A stretch of DNA of 63,538 bases, the filler included, from Pelomyxa schiedti (lineage: Eukaryota; Protista; Evosea), in NCBI GenBank assembly GCA_020536535.1. It is 12 parts of 12 records of this genome, joined end to end, with 100 filler letters (N's around TTAATTAATTAA, not from the genome) between each part and the next. Parts side by side here need not be neighbours in the genome. Positions count along the whole stretch, not along the records: positions 61,778 to 63,538 come from JAHLWZ010002286.1; 11 more parts are not named here. One strand, given 5' to 3'. The position numbers were made by a program, and so were the translations under genes. The notes under the pieces are model-generated. The model had not been told where the DNA came from. It did not search any database and saw nothing but the letters and a program-made list of their open reading frames with translations. Positions 61,778 through 63,538 of this stretch are shown piece by piece. Each line of letters begins with the position of its first letter. Position 1 is the stretch's first letter.

Positions 61778-63538
61778 CGTATTTTGCTCTCGTGAGGGCA
61801 ACATTAAGGCGGCGAGGGTCGTTCAGAAAACCAATTCCCTGGTGCTCATTGGAACGGACACAGGTAAGAATGATATAATCTTTCTCTCGCCCTTGAAACG
61901 AGTCAACACTTGCCACCTCCACATCCTTTAATAGGCGTTACTTTAGTTTCGTTCGAGAGGAAAAGGATCCTACCTGATACAACTGTGTGCGCAATGCACC
62001 ATTTCTCTGCATACTGCTCACAATGTAGGCTCTTTGTCCTTCATATGGGGTAATAATACCAATTTGTTCTGGTGTTACGCCAACGCGTAAGAAAGTGGTG
62101 ACTACTTTCTCGCAAAAAGCTGCTTCTGCTCTATTAAGGAAGGAGGTACCTACAAAATAAATAAATGACTTTTAAAGGGGCTGTTGAAGCAACCTGAAGC
62201 ACTAATTTCCTCTTGACCCACACAATTGTAAAAGAACATTGGTTTGTTAGGTTGCGGCCATGGAAATTGAATAAGTGGCACTGGAACTCTCTCATTCACT
62301 GTAACACCGTTCTGCAACGTGCCCTCGTAGAATGTATTGCTTGGGAATTCGCTGAGACACGGGTGCATTCGATACTGGACTTGCAACCTAAGTGGTCTTA
62401 CACCCAACAATACGAGTCGTTCAAATAAGGACTGGGCAAGTCCAGCATTGGCAGCTTTTTTACACCTTTCCATACGTAAGAAATAATCTTTACGCCGCAT
62501 GCATACATAATTACAGGTCCCAGTTGGCAGTGATCCCCAACTAGTACCACCTGCTTAGCACCCATGACAAGAGGGATGAGGCATTCCGGCTCAGTTGCTT
62601 GTGTGGACTCGTCCACCAGTACACGTGTGAAACGCATTGAAGAGAGGCGTGGGTCGCCTGCACCAACTGCTGTGCAACATACAACATCAGCACAGCGCAA
62701 TATTTCCTTCTCGGCATTGCGTTTCAGTTGTTTGTATTTTTTTTCATCAATGGATGTGAGTTCTCCAGTGTCATCTTTCAGCTGTTGCAGCTTAGCAAGC
62801 TCTGCGTATTCGGGAGCATTGAGTTGTTTGATCTGGGCTTGTTAATGAAACTCCAACTTTGTTTGCTCTTACTTGGTGGTGCAGAGTGAGGAAAAGTACA
62901 GGAGAACTCACTGCTTCTCTGCTTTTGGCACACAATCTTACAACCTTCAACCCTGCTGCATGTATCTTTTCGGTCAACTGATCAACAGCAACATTGCTTG
63001 GTGCGCACACCAACACCTAAATTTCTTAGCTAGAGAGTTGGGAGATATTGCAATGAAACCTGAGACCCCGGCTTAAGTTTTACAAGATGGTACACAATGG
63101 AAGCAGAGGTCACAGTCTTACCTGTGCCGGGTGGCCCTTGGATCAGAGTGAGAGGTCTCTGCAGCGTGCATTTTACGGCGTAGACCTAACCAAATGAGCC
63201 ATACTGAAGGAATGCAAGATAAGGTACCTGGCTTTGATTCAACTCGGGAAGTCCTGAGGAAACTTTAAACTAAGGCTGAGATGTATCAAACACCATACCT
63301 GTTACACTGATTCTCTTTGGCAATTTGGTTGCATTTTGAGGTTGGGCATTTAGAGCAGCAACATGTGCTTCAAGTTGCTCAGGTGTCAAGTGACCCAACA
63401 AGACATGATAGAGGTGATTGCTAACAGTGGATTCGTCATATGCAAACTTCTTCAATGCTGTTTGCATTCGATCAAAAGATGTCGATTTCCAGACGAAGTC
63501 AACACTGTAGTTGTGCTGTAACTCAAGAGGAACACCAT
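61778..63538 (-). CDS. UPF1: UPF1 nonsense-mediated-decay helicase (partial at both ends)
   Basis: [79 protein letters not shown]...[12 protein letters not shown]. Confidence 0.97.

Overview
Intron-rich eukaryotic DNA, most like an anaerobic amoebozoan of the Archamoebae (Pelomyxa-like; inferred from actin sequence, short GT-AG introns and expanded Sel1-kinase and orphan families). The window is not one locus. Bases 1-30601 are one scaffold; after that about 11 small scaffolds are joined by artificial N-TTAATTAATTAA-N spacers. Housekeeping genes: FLVCR-like MFS transporter, three actin copies, FCP1 CTD phosphatase, V-ATPase subunit C, MacroD-WWE protein, UPF1 (partial) and tRNA-Leu(TAG). Accessory genes: kinase plus 13 Sel1 repeats, a TRIM-like B-box/coiled-coil/IPT/SPRY gene, a GPI-type LNR-repeat surface protein, an IFI44-like GTPase, a Ty3/gypsy gag with a tRNA-Ala primer-binding site, a multi-copy orphan family and several palindrome clusters. 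The standout is a nearly intronless bacterial-type VIT-vWA-TPR-DUF2135 gene (42451-46880, minus). Its variable linker carries about 400 aa of concatenated short look-alikes of at least six spliceosomal proteins (Yju2, Crn/Clf1, Prp5/DDX46, Cwc25, SF3B1, Prp22/DHX8), making it a candidate 'spliceosome-mimic bait / integrated-decoy' protein. Homology calls come from recalled family motifs, not from database searches.
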